Below are positions 63,311 through 64,000 of a stretch of DNA of 64,000 nt, one piece after another; within the stretch, counting starts at the first letter, position 1; each line of letters starts with the position of its first letter. The notes under the pieces were generated by a model. That model did not search any database. It saw only the letters and a list, made by a program, of their open reading frames with translations, and was not told the DNA's origin. Position numbers and translations under genes: made by a program. This stretch comes from Rhodospirillaceae bacterium. Lineage in GTDB: Bacteria > Pseudomonadota > Alphaproteobacteria > Rhodospirillales > JABJKH01. The DNA lies in NCBI GenBank assembly GCA_018660465.1, contig JABJKH010000008.1, positions 74,398-138,397 of the forward strand. Direction: 5' to 3'.

Positions 63311-64000
63311 ATGGATATCTTCTCGCTCAAGCCTAAAGAGATCGTTGATCCCACAGCTGGGAATCAAAAGGGGAACACGGCGCTTTCCACGTTGGCCAAT
63401 CTTTCGTCGGCGTTTAAGGAAATGATCAACAAGTCCGGCGGTCCAGGAGACAGTGCTGGTGCATTTGATGCACTTGCGCGCCAGTTCGCCGGTGCTGAAC
63501 GCGTTGAGCCGGAGGCCCGTCCAGAGGAAAATCCTTACGAGCGTGGCGATCTAGGTCAGAGCAATCGGGACGATCATGCCGATGCCTCCGATGATCATAG
63601 CAGCAACCGGGGCGAAAATCGCGCCGAGCCCGCTGATAACTATGAGAACAACAACAACCAATCTCGTGGTGAAGAACGCAGCGACGCCGCCGGTGACAAC
63701 CGCAGCGACACCGGTGCAGATAATGCCAGCGACCGCTCTGCCGGTCGGGACGAGCAACCACAGGACACCGGTCGTGAGAATGCATCTGACACGGGCAAAG
63801 AAGCCTCCGCTGATGGACAAGCTCAAGCCGAATCTGGCGGACAAAACCAGCAACAGGGTCCCGCCACTTCTGGCGATGCCAACAACCAAGCGGGTAATGT
63901 GGCCGCCAATAGCGCCCAGATGAATTTGGCTGGCGTAATGGCGATGGCTCAGTCTGGTGGTGCGCAAACGAATACGAATGAAAATGCTGCCGTCAACGCG
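63311..64000 (+). CDS. Low-complexity flagellar-type protein, N-terminal part (FliK-like hook-length control candidate); runs off the window end
   Basis: Hand translation from ATG 63311 (SD GGAGGA) stays open for all 230 codons to base 64000: MDIFSLKPKEIVDPTAGNQKGNTALSTLANLSSAFKEMINKSGG...RDDHADASDDHSSNRGENRAEPADNYENNNNQSRGEERSD...QQQGPATSGDANNQAGNVAANSAQMNLAGV... It is absent from the ORF track (no stop). The FliK call is inferred from composition, the sigma-54 promoter and context only. Confidence 0.35.
   Translation, partial: MDIFSLKPKEIVDPTAGNQKGNTALSTLANLSSAFKEMINKSGGPGDSAGAFDALARQFAGAERVEPEARPEENPYERGDLGQSNRDDHADASDDHSSNRGENRAEPADNYENNNNQSRGEERSDAAGDNRSDTGADNASDRSAGRDEQPQDTGRENASDTGKEASADGQAQAESGGQNQQQGPATSGDANNQAGNVAANSAQMNLAGVMAMAQSGGAQTNTNENAAVNA

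Noticed and set aside
63426-63967. ORFs 63426-63785 (-), 63551-63967 (-) and 63576-63923 (+)
   Set aside because: They are alternative frames of the low-complexity region. The frame from ATG 63311 has an SD and a sigma-54 promoter and is open to the window end, so I prefer it.
1-64000. Looked for CRISPR arrays, rRNA/tRNA genes, and transposases, integrases or prophage genes
   Set aside because: The only periodic repeats are protein-coding (flgE, flgK, flgL). I noticed no direct-repeat/spacer architecture, no tRNA-like cloverleaf region and no recombinase-like ORF. A tRNAscan or Infernal run would be needed to be certain about small RNAs.

Overview
This 64-kb window looks like an alphaproteobacterial chromosome. 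That is an inference from the alphaproteobacteria-type flagellar genes: FliX, FlaF, FlbT and a flgI-cheL-flbY-type operon. I saw no rRNA, tRNA, CRISPR array, transposase or integrase by eye.

Layout:
- 1-2.3 kb: housekeeping genes (tandem YciI, a small Cys protein, a one-Cys DksA) followed by fliX.
- 2.5-6.5 kb: an Fe(3+) FbpABC-type ABC importer with a palindromic operator-like site upstream.
- 6.5-7.9 kb: a nucleotide-sugar dehydrogenase.
- 8.1-18.1 kb: flgE, flgI, a rod-binding protein, an FlgN/FlbY-like gene, flgK, flgL and flaF. The hook and junction proteins are unusually large and share a repeated 'flagellin hook IN motif' module. flgE and flgI carry good sigma-54 -24/-12 promoters.
- 18.2-62.1 kb: a roughly 44-kb, visibly more AT-rich flagellin-modification island nested inside the flagellar cluster.
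- 62.2-64 kb: more flagellar-type genes (a YjfB-like small protein, a Sel1 protein, and a sigma-54-driven FliK-like ORF that runs off the window).

The island contains:
- two different putative flagellin glycosyltransferases (TPR-GT41 FlmG-like and Maf/DUF115), convergent and adjacent;
- the single flagellin gene, flbT, and an uncharacterised Cys/Trp/His/Tyr-free 273-aa protein;
- a nonulosonic-acid (Pse/Leg-type) pathway: NeuB-family synthase, two DegT aminotransferases, three SpsF-type cytidylyltransferase domains, a dehydratase/epimerase and Gfo/Idh/MocA oxidoreductases;
- two amidine-forming systems (AsnB-like and WbuX/HisH/HisF-like), plus formyltransferase, deacetylase, GNATs and an AAC(3)-like acetyltransferase;
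- several tailoring enzymes fused to TPR domains (methyltransferase, 2OG-oxygenase-like, GT9-like).

The most unusual feature is a divergent pair of carrier-protein operons at 42.4-52.3 kb. They encode FkbH-type glyceryl loading, two ACPs, an adenylating ligase, KAS III, ketoreductases, a MaoC dehydratase, an MBL hydrolase and an aminopeptidase-like DUF4910 protein. I interpret this as machinery that builds a novel acyl decoration for the flagellin glycan.

All functional calls come from motif recognition in the supplied translations. No database search was run.
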